From assembly GCA_021734105.1 (NCBI GenBank), contig JAIPJP010000002.1, forward strand, positions 582-64,581: a stretch of DNA of 64,000 nt, written 5' to 3'. This document shows, piece by piece, positions 8,851 through 17,732 of the stretch (its first letter is position 1; every line of letters begins with the position of its first letter). The DNA comes from Candidatus Woesearchaeota archaeon (GTDB lineage Archaea > Nanobdellota > Nanobdellia > Woesearchaeales > SKGA01). Position numbers and translations under genes: made by a program. The notes beneath the pieces were generated by a model. The model did no database searches and was not told the origin of the DNA. It saw only the letters and a program-made list of their open reading frames with translations.

Positions 8851-8884
8851 ATGGTCTTTTCTTTTTTTTCTCTTTTTTTTGGTT
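8851..8884 (+). terminator. Oligo-T tract (archaeal-type terminator) just downstream of the Cys-rich protein gene
   Basis: CTTTTCTTTTTTTTCTCTTTTTTTTGGTTTC immediately after the stop at 8827. Confidence 0.4.
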
Positions 8885-8889
8885 TCTAG

Positions 8890-9075
8890 TTTTTTCAGAA
8901 ATAAAACCCTGAGAATAACTCGTTGTCACTCCTCATCTCAGCATTTGATTTCTTTTAGAAATAAAACCCCGAGACAAACTCATTTCATTCGTAGTCTCAG
9001 GCTTTTATTTTGCATAGCAAAATAAAACCCTGAGAAGACCACAAACAGAGTTTGCGGTCCTCCCGGGAAAAAGAG
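8890..9075. repeat. Three tandem imperfect copies of a ~24-nt motif (aGAAATAAAACCCyGAGAa...) spaced about 60–65 nt apart, each followed by an inverted repeat able to form a hairpin and a T-rich tract
   Basis: Copies at ~8897, ~8957 and ~9020. Hairpins: CTGAGA...TCTCAG, GAGAC...GTCTC, GAAGACC...GGTCCTC. Confidence 0.6.
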
Positions 9076-9193
9076 GTGAGTGTAAAAGTGAGATTCACTT
9101 CAAACCAACCTGCTTAAAACATGAAAAAACTTTCCCATATATAAATGTTTCTTGATTGTAACCATTTTAAAATGAATACAAAAATAAGATAAT

Positions 9194-9766
9194 TTGCCAA
9201 GCAGAAGCTTTAAGAAGGCGAAATACATTCTAACATATATGGTGGATTATATATCTGATTTCACACAAAAGACTTATACTTCTAAAGCGTTTGCAACGCT
9301 TGTAGAACATCGTATTCGAAAAGACTGGAGAATAGGTAATATCTTTGATAAACGAAAAAAATATGCCCTTGTAGATGATAATACTCTTACTACTAACCTT
9401 CTTAAGGAGTTTGTACACAAGATTTTTGCTGGACATCTTACTATGAAATTAGTCGCTTCTGCAAACGAAATTTCTCAAGATCAAGAACTACTCATTAGCG
9501 ATTGTTTAGATACTTATCTTGCAAAACGACTCGATGTATTTTTAGATAAAAAAGATTTTAAGGTCTTTTCTGAACTCGTTCCCTTGCGATCACTCACCAA
9601 ACAAGAATGTGAACAACTCGCAACGATATGGAATATTTCTGGAACGTCCATTCCAGAAGAACACACGTTCATAAAAAATTTACATGCACAATACAAGCAA
9701 ACAAAACAAAGCATGCTTAAAAGTTTCTTAGCGCTAGAAGCTATTGAAAAATCTTCGGAAAAATAG
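9194..9766 (+). CDS. Hypothetical protein (190 aa)
   Basis: ORF only. No motif recognised. Confidence 0.4.
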   Translation: MPSRSFKKAKYILTYMVDYISDFTQKTYTSKAFATLVEHRIRKDWRIGNIFDKRKKYALVDDNTLTTNLLKEFVHKIFAGHLTMKLVASANEISQDQELLISDCLDTYLAKRLDVFLDKKDFKVFSELVPLRSLTKQECEQLATIWNISGTSIPEEHTFIKNLHAQYKQTKQSMLKSFLALEAIEKSSEK

Positions 9767-9805
9767 TCGTTGTATTCTTAAGCAAGTTTTACACATATAT
9801 TTTTT

Positions 9806-10195
9806 ATGCGACGAATCATATTTTTTACACTCTATATTATTATTCTTTTATTATTATATGTTCAATTACCAGAACGAATAATCTATGAAGATGATGAAGG
9901 ATTCACTGAAGTATTTTTTTGTCAAGAAATAAATTGTAGTGCCTTTTTAGTTGATTTATTTGAAGCAAGTAATAATACTTTCTGCGCATTTTATGACTTA
10001 GACGAACCATCGATTATCGCAGGGATTAAACAGAATAATGCGCGTGTTTTATTATTTGAAGATAATTATGAATTTGATTTTTCAAAACAAATTGTTCCAG
10101 TAACAAGTAAAGGACTCATGCATAATAAAATATATTCATGGAAATATTATTATATTTCTCTATCTGATATGAAATATAAATTTTTAAATGTTTAA
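9806..10195 (+). CDS. Hypothetical protein with N-terminal TM/signal anchor (129 aa)
   Basis: MRRIIFFTLYIIILLLLYVQL hydrophobic N-terminus. Confidence 0.4.
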   Translation: MRRIIFFTLYIIILLLLYVQLPERIIYEDDEGFTEVFFCQEINCSAFLVDLFEASNNTFCAFYDLDEPSIIAGIKQNNARVLLFEDNYEFDFSKQIVPVTSKGLMHNKIYSWKYYYISLSDMKYKFLNV

Positions 10196-10199
10196 ATAT

Positions 10200-11264
10200 T
10201 TAACTACTAGTCGAGAATTGCCTTCGATACTCAAAAATACCTTCGCTGGAGTTATACATTTTTAGTAATTTTTCGTTATTCTTTCTATTGTCTCTTAATT
10301 TCTTTACAAAGTATTTGATATCTCCAGCAGGTTTAAATTGCTTAATTGCCTTTAGAAATTGATCTGATGCAATTATTGAACCTGTGAGGATGGTTACTGT
10401 CTTGAATTCCCTATCGAATGCCATTTCTTTCTCTTTGATATTGATAAGAAGTGCTTTAAAATGCTTAATCAAGTTGATTTGTTTCATAAATGCGTTTTGT
10501 CTTTGTGATGTTTTATAGAGAAACTTACTTGTTTTTTGTATATTCTTAAGACTTTGAACAATTTTTCTCTTTAAAAAGTCCTTATCCTTATCGTGAATCT
10601 TTATTTTTTCATTGTCTATCAAAGAACCAATATGTTTTGCAATTACTTGTCTTGTCTTAGAAATATCTATCAAATCAATAAATTCGTCCCATCTCATTTT
10701 ATTGATTTTAGCTTTAGAATAGCTCATATTTTCTTTGTAGATTATTTGCTTCCTGAACAAATCTTTCATATCTTTTGTGAATAACTCTGCCAAATCAGGA
10801 TTTAATCTGTTGAGATTTCTTAGAAATTGCTTAATGCTTTTCTCATGGAGAATATTTTCATAGAATTTTCTCATTAAATTAGAGTTTTCTTTTAAAGGAT
10901 AGTAGAAGAGTAATTGAATGATGTCTTCAATTATTTTTTCTTTAAGTACTACGAATCGTATTGGTTTTTGATGTGGTTTGTCTTTAGGCGGTTCAATCCA
11001 ACCTAATTCATTAAGAATTGTATAAAACCCTTTGATGTTACTTGTTCCATAAAATTTACGTTCACCCATGCAATCCATTAAATCGTTTTTACAAGTTACT
11101 TCTTCAGTAAGCATCTTAATAATGGCCTTAGTATAGAATTTGTTGTCAAGAATGCTTTTTTTAAGAATATATTCTTCTGAGCCACCTTCTTCGACTATTT
11201 GTTCTTTTTTCTCTCTAGTCATGTAACTCATTCCCTTCCGAGATGCATTCTTTTTTTGAGCCAT
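10200..11264 (-). CDS. Hypothetical Lys-rich protein (354 aa)
   Basis: Long ORF with no competing frame. Basic, so possibly nucleic-acid binding. No named motif. Confidence 0.45.
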   Translation of the reverse strand: MAQKKNASRKGMSYMTREKKEQIVEEGGSEEYILKKSILDNKFYTKAIIKMLTEEVTCKNDLMDCMGERKFYGTSNIKGFYTILNELGWIEPPKDKPHQKPIRFVVLKEKIIEDIIQLLFYYPLKENSNLMRKFYENILHEKSIKQFLRNLNRLNPDLAELFTKDMKDLFRKQIIYKENMSYSKAKINKMRWDEFIDLIDISKTRQVIAKHIGSLIDNEKIKIHDKDKDFLKRKIVQSLKNIQKTSKFLYKTSQRQNAFMKQINLIKHFKALLINIKEKEMAFDREFKTVTILTGSIIASDQFLKAIKQFKPAGDIKYFVKKLRDNRKNNEKLLKMYNSSEGIFEYRRQFSTSS

Positions 11265-11445
11265 AATAGTTAGGTTTGATTGTTTCCTTATAAGTATTTT
11301 TCTATTTGATATGAAATCGTGATTTTTTTTATTAACTCAGCTTCTTTTAATTTTACTATGGAATTATCCAAACTTAAAGAATTTATCAATTCTGAATTTG
11401 CAGAATTGTTTGTGAAATGGGCTAGAGAGTCTGATAATCAAATGA

Positions 11446-11718
11446 ATGGGGGTGAGTATCATGAGTGAAGAACCTTTTGCAAAGAAAGTTGATACGAAGA
11501 AATATCTAACGCTATCTTTCTTTTGTCAAAGAAATGATTTCCGTGTTTGTCCAAATTGTGGTTGTGTTACAATTTTAGATGCTGACAAGTTAGACAATTT
11601 AACTACTAAAGAGAGGATTGATTTTGTTTTTGATAATAAATTCAAAATACATCTAGGTCTTTGTTCAGATTCATGTGCTAAAGAATTTTTAGGAGGTCTT
11701 TATGATGTCTACAAATGA
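11446..11718 (+). CDS. Small zinc-finger protein (CPNCGC...C..C), 90 aa
   Basis: Cys cluster CQRNDFRVCPNCGCV...CSDSCAKEF. Overlaps the start of the downstream P-loop gene, which suggests coupling. Confidence 0.4.
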   Translation: MGVSIMSEEPFAKKVDTKKYLTLSFFCQRNDFRVCPNCGCVTILDADKLDNLTTKERIDFVFDNKFKIHLGLCSDSCAKEFLGGLYDVYK

Positions 11719-13294
11719 TAAAAATGCACATGAGCAAAAGGACAATTCTTCTTCGGAAGAATTTGTTCAATCTGATTTTGGTAAGTTCTATATTGAAGCA
11801 CAAGAGGATGGAAATTATTTGATGAATTATAAAGAAGATAATTCTGATACTGTCTCCTCAAAGGTTATAGATGGGGTTTTTAACTTTTTAAAGTTTAGAA
11901 GGTTTGTAAGAGAAAACATGATTGACCTTGGAAGTCGTAATAATAAAGAAATGTATGATGAAATTTGTAAGCTAAAGAAACTAATTAAACTAAATAAAGA
12001 GAATACAATCAACCCAATAGACAGTTTCTTTGAAGATAGTGAGTTACTAGAAAACAATCAGTTGGTTATAGATGAACAGTTAGCATATACTATGTGCAAC
12101 GGTTACAATACTATTCTTGTAACATATGAAAAGGGATTCGAATTTATTGATGAAGATGATAGATTTAGAAAATATCCCAAGATGAAGTCAAATTTATTGA
12201 CGAAACGAGGTAAACAAAAATTAGAATCAAAACTAGTTAATGAAAATATCTTTAATGATTTAAAGCAATTGTTGCTAAAATATGCAGAATTGCCTGAAAG
12301 CGATTTGAATATTGTTTTATTTTACATTTTTCATTCTTACTTACACAATATACAAGGTAGTACAGTCTATCTTTATTTTACAGGAATGCCTGGAACTGGT
12401 AAATCTTCTATTCTAAAATTTCTAAAACTTGTTACTTGGAATGGTCAGTATGTTTGCAATCTATCTGCTTCATCTTTGTTTAGAGAAGTGCATGTGCTAC
12501 AACCAACATTAAATATTGATGAAATTGACAAGGTTGGTCAAGACATGTATAGTTCTATTCAAGGACTAATTCATAGTGGGTACTCTAAAGGAGGTGTTGT
12601 TAAACGTACAGAAAGAACCACTCTGGGGAACTTTGTACCTACTGAGTTCCGTGTATTTTGTCCCAAAACGTTTACCAGTAATTCTCCAATTTTTGTAGAT
12701 AGTTTCAAAAGTAGATGTATTCAGATAATACCTCAAAAAACTAGTAGGTTCATCTACCCAATAGACATACTTTCGAAAGAAGATTTGGATACCTTCTCGG
12801 ACATTCGTGATGATATTTACATATACATGTTAAAATATGGTATGGATATTTTTGATATTTTCAAAGATGAGATTGAAAATCCTCAAAGAATATCTACTAG
12901 AAAGAATCAGTTAATTTCTGTTTTAAATTGTTTTAATAAGCATTTCAATGTTAATATGGATATTGAGAAAGCACTTCAAAAAAAAGAGGAATTTACACAT
13001 CCATTCCAAGACCACTACTTTCTAATTTTGGAAATATTAGCTGAGAATATAAAAGATGGCTACTGTACTATACGGCCTAGTGATTTAGCTAAAAAAATGA
13101 ATTACAAATTAGAAGGAGAAAACTTGCTAAGACACCATGTAACTTCCATCAGTGCTGGAATGAAAATGACCAATCTTGGTTTTTCAGAATTTAAAAGGCT
13201 AAATACCTCACACGGTTATCATTATGATATTCCGATGGAAAGAATAAAAAGAGCCATAATGATTAATGGATTTGACATTCAGATTCCTGAATAA
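11702..13294 (+). CDS. P-loop NTPase, putative SF3-helicase-like/primase-associated replication protein of a mobile element
   Basis: Walker A YFTGMPGTGKSSILKF, Walker B LNIDEIDKVG, and a downstream Arg-containing segment. Central position of the NTPase domain with an N-terminal ~220-aa region matches plasmid/viral replication initiators. Confidence 0.45.
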   Translation: MMSTNDKNAHEQKDNSSSEEFVQSDFGKFYIEAQEDGNYLMNYKEDNSDTVSSKVIDGVFNFLKFRRFVRENMIDLGSRNNKEMYDEICKLKKLIKLNKENTINPIDSFFEDSELLENNQLVIDEQLAYTMCNGYNTILVTYEKGFEFIDEDDRFRKYPKMKSNLLTKRGKQKLESKLVNENIFNDLKQLLLKYAELPESDLNIVLFYIFHSYLHNIQGSTVYLYFTGMPGTGKSSILKFLKLVTWNGQYVCNLSASSLFREVHVLQPTLNIDEIDKVGQDMYSSIQGLIHSGYSKGGVVKRTERTTLGNFVPTEFRVFCPKTFTSNSPIFVDSFKSRCIQIIPQKTSRFIYPIDILSKEDLDTFSDIRDDIYIYMLKYGMDIFDIFKDEIENPQRISTRKNQLISVLNCFNKHFNVNMDIEKALQKKEEFTHPFQDHYFLILEILAENIKDGYCTIRPSDLAKKMNYKLEGENLLRHHVTSISAGMKMTNLGFSEFKRLNTSHGYHYDIPMERIKRAIMINGFDIQIPE

Positions 13295-13913
13295 TATTTT
13301 TATTTGAAATTCTGGAAAGGTATTTTGTAAATAAACCAGTTCCACTGGTTATTATTTCTTCTTTATCTCCTTCTTCAAAAGCAAGTATTAGTCTTGATGA
13401 TTTTTCTTGAGAATCAAGTAGCCCACTTATATTTTTACTAAGATTATTTCTTTGCAACGGATCGTCACATCTTCTAAAATCTCTTAGTAGTACATCAATC
13501 ATGTATTGTCTTGTGTCTTTAACTCTTTTTATGATTGTATCTGGATGTATATCGAGTTTTTGATATGCTGTTGGAAGATATTCTCTGAATGTAAATCTGC
13601 TTATCTTTAATTTATCTAAATCATCTTCAGTAATGTCTATATATGGCTTTTTTGTTCTTTCCCCCAATACTTTCATTAGCCATATATGTGGGACAATAGA
13701 ACGAGGTTTACACCCTCTTTTGGTTAATGATGAATTCTTAAATTGTTCAAGTGTTGCTTTTTGTTCATCTGATAATTTAGAATGATAAATTGTATTCTCA
13801 ATTTGGTCTATGAACTTTTGTTCTAATTCTGCTTCCTCATCAATAAATTGATAATTCTTATTTAAGCTCTGAAGATGCTTCTTTCTTTCTATTCCTCTGG
13901 ACATTCTAACCAT
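13263..13913 (-). CDS. Hypothetical protein (216 aa). Recombinase-like role considered but not supported.
   Basis: ORF at the right edge of the putative element. No clear R..HxxR..Y tyrosine-recombinase or serine-recombinase signature. Confidence 0.35.
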   Translation of the reverse strand: MVRMSRGIERKKHLQSLNKNYQFIDEEAELEQKFIDQIENTIYHSKLSDEQKATLEQFKNSSLTKRGCKPRSIVPHIWLMKVLGERTKKPYIDITEDDLDKLKISRFTFREYLPTAYQKLDIHPDTIIKRVKDTRQYMIDVLLRDFRRCDDPLQRNNLSKNISGLLDSQEKSSRLILAFEEGDKEEIITSGTGLFTKYLSRISNKNIIQESECQIH

Positions 13914-13996
13914 ATTTAAGCCCTCTATGTTTATATATGAATTTAATATTTCATATCAAATAGAGAGTTTCAATAATATTTCCATGAGTAAATAAT

Positions 13997-14632
13997 ATGC
14001 ATCATAAATTTTGTGTGTTTGATAACCGCTATGTACTTACAGGTACTTGGAATCCAACAAACCGAGGAACAAATGTAAACGATAATTATATTATGTTTAT
14101 TGCTTCACAAAAAATGGCTGCACGATTCTTGCAAGAGTATGCGTTTATCGTATCTGGTGAAGTCCAGCCAGAACCACTTTTTCTGCATCTTGTAGAACAG
14201 CCTATTCAACTCTATTTTTGTCCAACACATCATTGTGAAACTCGGGTGCTTAGTGCACTCTCAAAAGCAAATGAATCCATACAAGTACTCGCGTTTTCAT
14301 TTACGAGTAAACCAATTGCAGAACTTTTAGTGAATAAATCATTGGCAGGAGTGAATGTGAGTGTTGTCTTTGAGAAAACAAGAATTACTCGGTATAGCCA
14401 ATACGAATATTTATCTGCAAATGGTGTTTCTGTCTTTAAGGATACAAACAAATACACTATGCACGAAAAACTATTTATTATAGATAATAATACAGTAATA
14501 GCAGGATCGTATAATCCAACACAATCAGCAACAACAAGAAATGAGGAAAATATATTAATAATACAAGATAAAGAACTCGCACAAGAATTTATTAGAGAAT
14601 TTACAAGAATACTAAACCTTGCAAAACAATAG
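13997..14632 (+). CDS. Phospholipase-D-family (HKD) protein with two HKD motifs, apparently 5'-truncated: the first HKD begins at residue 2. Likely Nuc/endonuclease- or cardiolipin-synthase-like. Possibly a pseudogene remnant.
   Basis: MHHKFCVFDNRYVLTGTWNPTNRG (HxKx4Dx6GSxN) at the extreme N-terminus. Second complete PLD domain ends in HEKLFIIDNNTVIAGSYNPT. An in-frame stop lies 2 codons upstream of the ATG, and the preceding ~80 aa of a normal first PLD domain are absent. Confidence 0.6.
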   Translation: MHHKFCVFDNRYVLTGTWNPTNRGTNVNDNYIMFIASQKMAARFLQEYAFIVSGEVQPEPLFLHLVEQPIQLYFCPTHHCETRVLSALSKANESIQVLAFSFTSKPIAELLVNKSLAGVNVSVVFEKTRITRYSQYEYLSANGVSVFKDTNKYTMHEKLFIIDNNTVIAGSYNPTQSATTRNEENILIIQDKELAQEFIREFTRILNLAKQ

Positions 14633-14759
14633 TATTAAGGTTTCTCGTTATAGTTCTTTAAAAACAACTAGTTTTCTTCACAGCAAACTTTAAATACTCA
14701 CCAAGGCTCTTTCTTAGAGCGTGAAAACGCAATAAAGAAATGAACAGAAGGGTGGATAT

Positions 14760-15221
14760 ATGGCAATACTAAACTTTAATTTTAATAAAATTCTTGTAGA
14801 AAGAACGGGAAAAGCATCTAAACAAATGAATATCAAATCAGGCATGAATATTACTGATGTTATTTCTTCAGATGTCGTTAAAGGAACAGGTCAAAAAGCA
14901 TACGCAATCAAATTTACGTTTGAAGTAAACTACGAACCAAAAGTAGCACAAATACTCCTGGAAGGAGCAATAACTTATCTTGCAGACGAAACACTTGGTA
15001 AAGAAATAGAGGAAACGTGGGCAAAAAATAAGCTCCTCCCCAAAAGCATTACGCTTAATGTTTTTAACAGAATATTACATAATTGTAATGTTGAAGCCTT
15101 AATCTTAAGCAAAGAACTTAGTTTACCAGCGCCAATTCAATTACCAAAAGTAAAAATGGCTGAAAATACTCAAGCTCCAGCTTCAAAAGATGACTCTTTA
15201 ACTACAGAAGCAAACAAATAA
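14760..15221 (+). CDS. Hypothetical protein (153 aa) immediately upstream of cdc48
   Basis: ORF with a GGGTGG Shine-Dalgarno-like sequence. N-terminal beta-rich domain and C-terminal low-complexity tail. No family recognised. Confidence 0.45.
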   Translation: MAILNFNFNKILVERTGKASKQMNIKSGMNITDVISSDVVKGTGQKAYAIKFTFEVNYEPKVAQILLEGAITYLADETLGKEIEETWAKNKLLPKSITLNVFNRILHNCNVEALILSKELSLPAPIQLPKVKMAENTQAPASKDDSLTTEANK

Positions 15222-15239
15222 TTTTTTAGGTGAATATGC

Positions 15240-17468
15240 ATGACCGATGTTCAACTCAAAGTAGCAGAAGCATTCCAAGACGATATTAGTAAAGGACTTG
15301 TTCGTATAGATAAATCTTTTATGGATGAACTAGGTGTAACCCCTGGAGATGTTGTTTCTCTTGCAGGCGAACGAATGTCTGTTGCAAAAGTAGAACGAAG
15401 TCTTCCAGGAGATATAGGTCTTGCAATCATTCGAATGGATGGGCTTACCAGAAGAAATGCAGGAGCAAGAATTGGCGAGTATGTTAAAATTGAAAAAATT
15501 GAAGCAGTAGCTGCACAACAAGTTACCATAGCACCAGCACGAGAAGGTATCAAAATAAAAATAGATAATCCGGAACTTCTAAATAGATTTTTACTTGGAC
15601 GAGTTATGCAAAAAGGAGATCTCATCAGTTTAGGCACACACCAATTTCAATTCGCATTCGGTGATCTTAAATTTGTTGTCGCAGATACCAATCCAAAAAA
15701 ACAACCAGTTTTTATTGGATCAACATCACAAGTAGATTGTTTAAGCGAAGCAGTAGAACTTAAAGATGAACCTGTCGTGCCAGAAGTAACCTATGAAGAT
15801 ATTGGAGGACTTGCCGACGAACTTGTTAAAATCAGAGAAATGATAGAACTACCTCTTCGACATCCAGAACTCTTTGATAGATTAGGTATTGAACCGCCAA
15901 AAGGAGTGCTCTTACACGGACCTCCCGGAACAGGAAAAACGCTTCTAGCAAAGGCTGTTGCAAACGAAACGAACAGTAATTTTTATGTTATTAATGGACC
16001 AGAAATTATGAGTAAATTTTATGGACAATCAGAAGAAAACCTCAGAAAAATTTTTGAAGAAGCAGAAAAAAGCGCGCCATCAATAATTTTTATTGATGAA
16101 ATCGACGCGATTGCACCAAAACGAGAAGAAAGCAAAGGTGAAGTAGAACGAAGAGTTGTAGCACAACTCCTCACTATTATGGATGGTCTTGCATCTCGAG
16201 GACGAGTCGTTGTTATGGCAGCAACTAATATTCCTAACTCTATTGATCCCGCACTTCGAAGACCAGGACGATTTGATAGGGAACTAGAACTTGCAGCACC
16301 AGACGTTTCTGGGAGAGAAAACATTCTAAAAATTCATACAAGAAATATGCCTCTAGGTGGAAAAGTTGATTTGAAAATTCTTGCGCAATTAACCCATGGC
16401 TTTGTTGGTGCAGACCTTGCATCACTTGCTAAAGAAGCCGCAATGAATGTACTTCGAAAGTTACTTCCTGAACTAAAAGTTAGTGACGATGATACTGCTG
16501 TTATCCCACCAGAAATACTAGATAAAATTGTAATTACTCAAAAAGATTTAATTGATGCACTTAAAGTCGTACGACCAAGTGCTATGCGAGAAGTACTTAT
16601 TGAAACACCGAGCACCAAATGGGCTGATATTGGTGGACTTGAAGATGTGAAACAAGAACTTATTGAAGCAGTAGAATGGCCGCTAAAACACAAACCCGTC
16701 TTTAAGAAATTAGGCGTTCGACCACCAAAAGGAGTGCTTATTTATGGTCCTCCAGGAACAGGAAAAACACTTCTAGCAAAAGCTGTTGCAAACGAAGCAG
16801 AAGCAAACTTTATTGCCATTAAAGGACCTGAATTATTATCTAAATGGGTCAATGAAACACCGCAATTGGTAAAAAAAATTTTTGATAAAGCACGTCAAGT
16901 AGCACCTTCGATAATTTTTATTGATGAAATTGATGCCATTGCAGAAAAAAGAGGTTCTGATGGTGGAAGAAATGCATCTTCGGGACATATGAATGCAGTA
17001 AATCAATTATTAACTGAAATGGATGGTTTACAAGGACTTAACGATGTTGTTGTTATTGCAGCAACAAACAGACCAGACACCATGGATACAGCTTTACTTC
17101 GACCAGGACGATTTGATAGAATAGTTTTAGCTAGTGTTCCAGATACTAAAGGTCGAGAAGCAATCTTTAAAGTTCATACTGAACACATGCCGCTTGCAGA
17201 AACAGTGGATATTAAAGATCTCGTTGCAAAAACAGATGGCTATGTAGGAGCTGATATTGAAGCAGTATGTCGAGAAGCAGCAATGTTTGAACTACGAAAA
17301 GATATGGATGCAACAGAAATTTCTAAAAAATCTTTTGATAAAGCACTTAAAAAAGTACGACCAAGTGCAAGCAAAGAAATACAAGCAGCATACGCCTCGC
17401 TTCAAGAACAATTTACTAGTGCTCGAGGTAAAGAGTTTAAAGAAGAACGTCCAAGTTATTATGGTTAA
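15240..17468 (+). CDS. cdc48: CDC48/VCP-like AAA+ ATPase (N domain plus two AAA domains)
   Basis: Two Walker [18 protein letters not shown] repeats, Walker [12 protein letters not shown] twice, and the second-region-of-homology [20 protein letters not shown]. Confidence 0.95.
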   Translation: MTDVQLKVAEAFQDDISKGLVRIDKSFMDELGVTPGDVVSLAGERMSVAKVERSLPGDIGLAIIRMDGLTRRNAGARIGEYVKIEKIEAVAAQQVTIAPAREGIKIKIDNPELLNRFLLGRVMQKGDLISLGTHQFQFAFGDLKFVVADTNPKKQPVFIGSTSQVDCLSEAVELKDEPVVPEVTYEDIGGLADELVKIREMIELPLRHPELFDRLGIEPPKGVLLHGPPGTGKTLLAKAVANETNSNFYVINGPEIMSKFYGQSEENLRKIFEEAEKSAPSIIFIDEIDAIAPKREESKGEVERRVVAQLLTIMDGLASRGRVVVMAATNIPNSIDPALRRPGRFDRELELAAPDVSGRENILKIHTRNMPLGGKVDLKILAQLTHGFVGADLASLAKEAAMNVLRKLLPELKVSDDDTAVIPPEILDKIVITQKDLIDALKVVRPSAMREVLIETPSTKWADIGGLEDVKQELIEAVEWPLKHKPVFKKLGVRPPKGVLIYGPPGTGKTLLAKAVANEAEANFIAIKGPELLSKWVNETPQLVKKIFDKARQVAPSIIFIDEIDAIAEKRGSDGGRNASSGHMNAVNQLLTEMDGLQGLNDVVVIAATNRPDTMDTALLRPGRFDRIVLASVPDTKGREAIFKVHTEHMPLAETVDIKDLVAKTDGYVGADIEAVCREAAMFELRKDMDATEISKKSFDKALKKVRPSASKEIQAAYASLQEQFTSARGKEFKEERPSYYG

Positions 17469-17566
17469 ACATTAAGTTAAATAGGGCGTGTTTAACGCTG
17501 ACTATAATTTGCTGATTAGGAGACTGGTGTTATTATCTTCTTGCTTTGTTCTATTTTAACGCATCA

Positions 17567-17579
17567 TTTATAAATGAAA
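17567..17579 (+). promoter_or_regulatory. TTTATAAATGA promoter motif in the 265-nt cdc48–dys intergenic region, about 155 nt upstream of the dys ATG
   Basis: Exact recurrence of the 11-mer. Implies a long leader or a separate small transcript. Confidence 0.35.
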
Positions 17580-17732
17580 ACGTGTTCTTTGTTTTTAATG
17601 GCCACTTTTAACGCTGTGAAATCAAACAGTTAAATACTTCTTTCTAGGTTGCATAGGCTTAATTTACTAGTGTTTTATTACTAGTTTATTATTTTATTTC
17701 TTAGAAAATATTTTACGAAAGAGGAGATTATA

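Larger units (their letters stand above)
9130..13960. mobile_element. Putative integrated plasmid/virus-like element or genomic island. Boundaries are approximate.
   Basis: Block of six small, mixed-orientation, AT-rich genes of unknown function, including a Walker A/B P-loop protein of the viral/plasmid SF3-helicase type and a Zn-finger protein. Left edge abuts the tandem hairpin repeats, and right edge abuts a 5'-truncated PLD-family gene. No integrase was identified with confidence. Confidence 0.35.

Noticed and set aside
8890-9075. CRISPR array
   Set aside because: Only three repeat copies. They are imperfect (3–5 mismatches per 24 nt). The period of ~60–65 nt suits a short repeat but not 24-nt repeats with 30–40-nt spacers. 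There are no cas genes anywhere in the window. Reported as an unexplained tandem hairpin repeat instead.
13263-13913. Tyrosine-recombinase integrase at the right edge of the putative island
   Set aside because: The position is suggestive, but I cannot find the R...HxxR...Y catalytic tetrad in a convincing arrangement. At 216 aa it would be a minimal catalytic domain only. Left as hypothetical.
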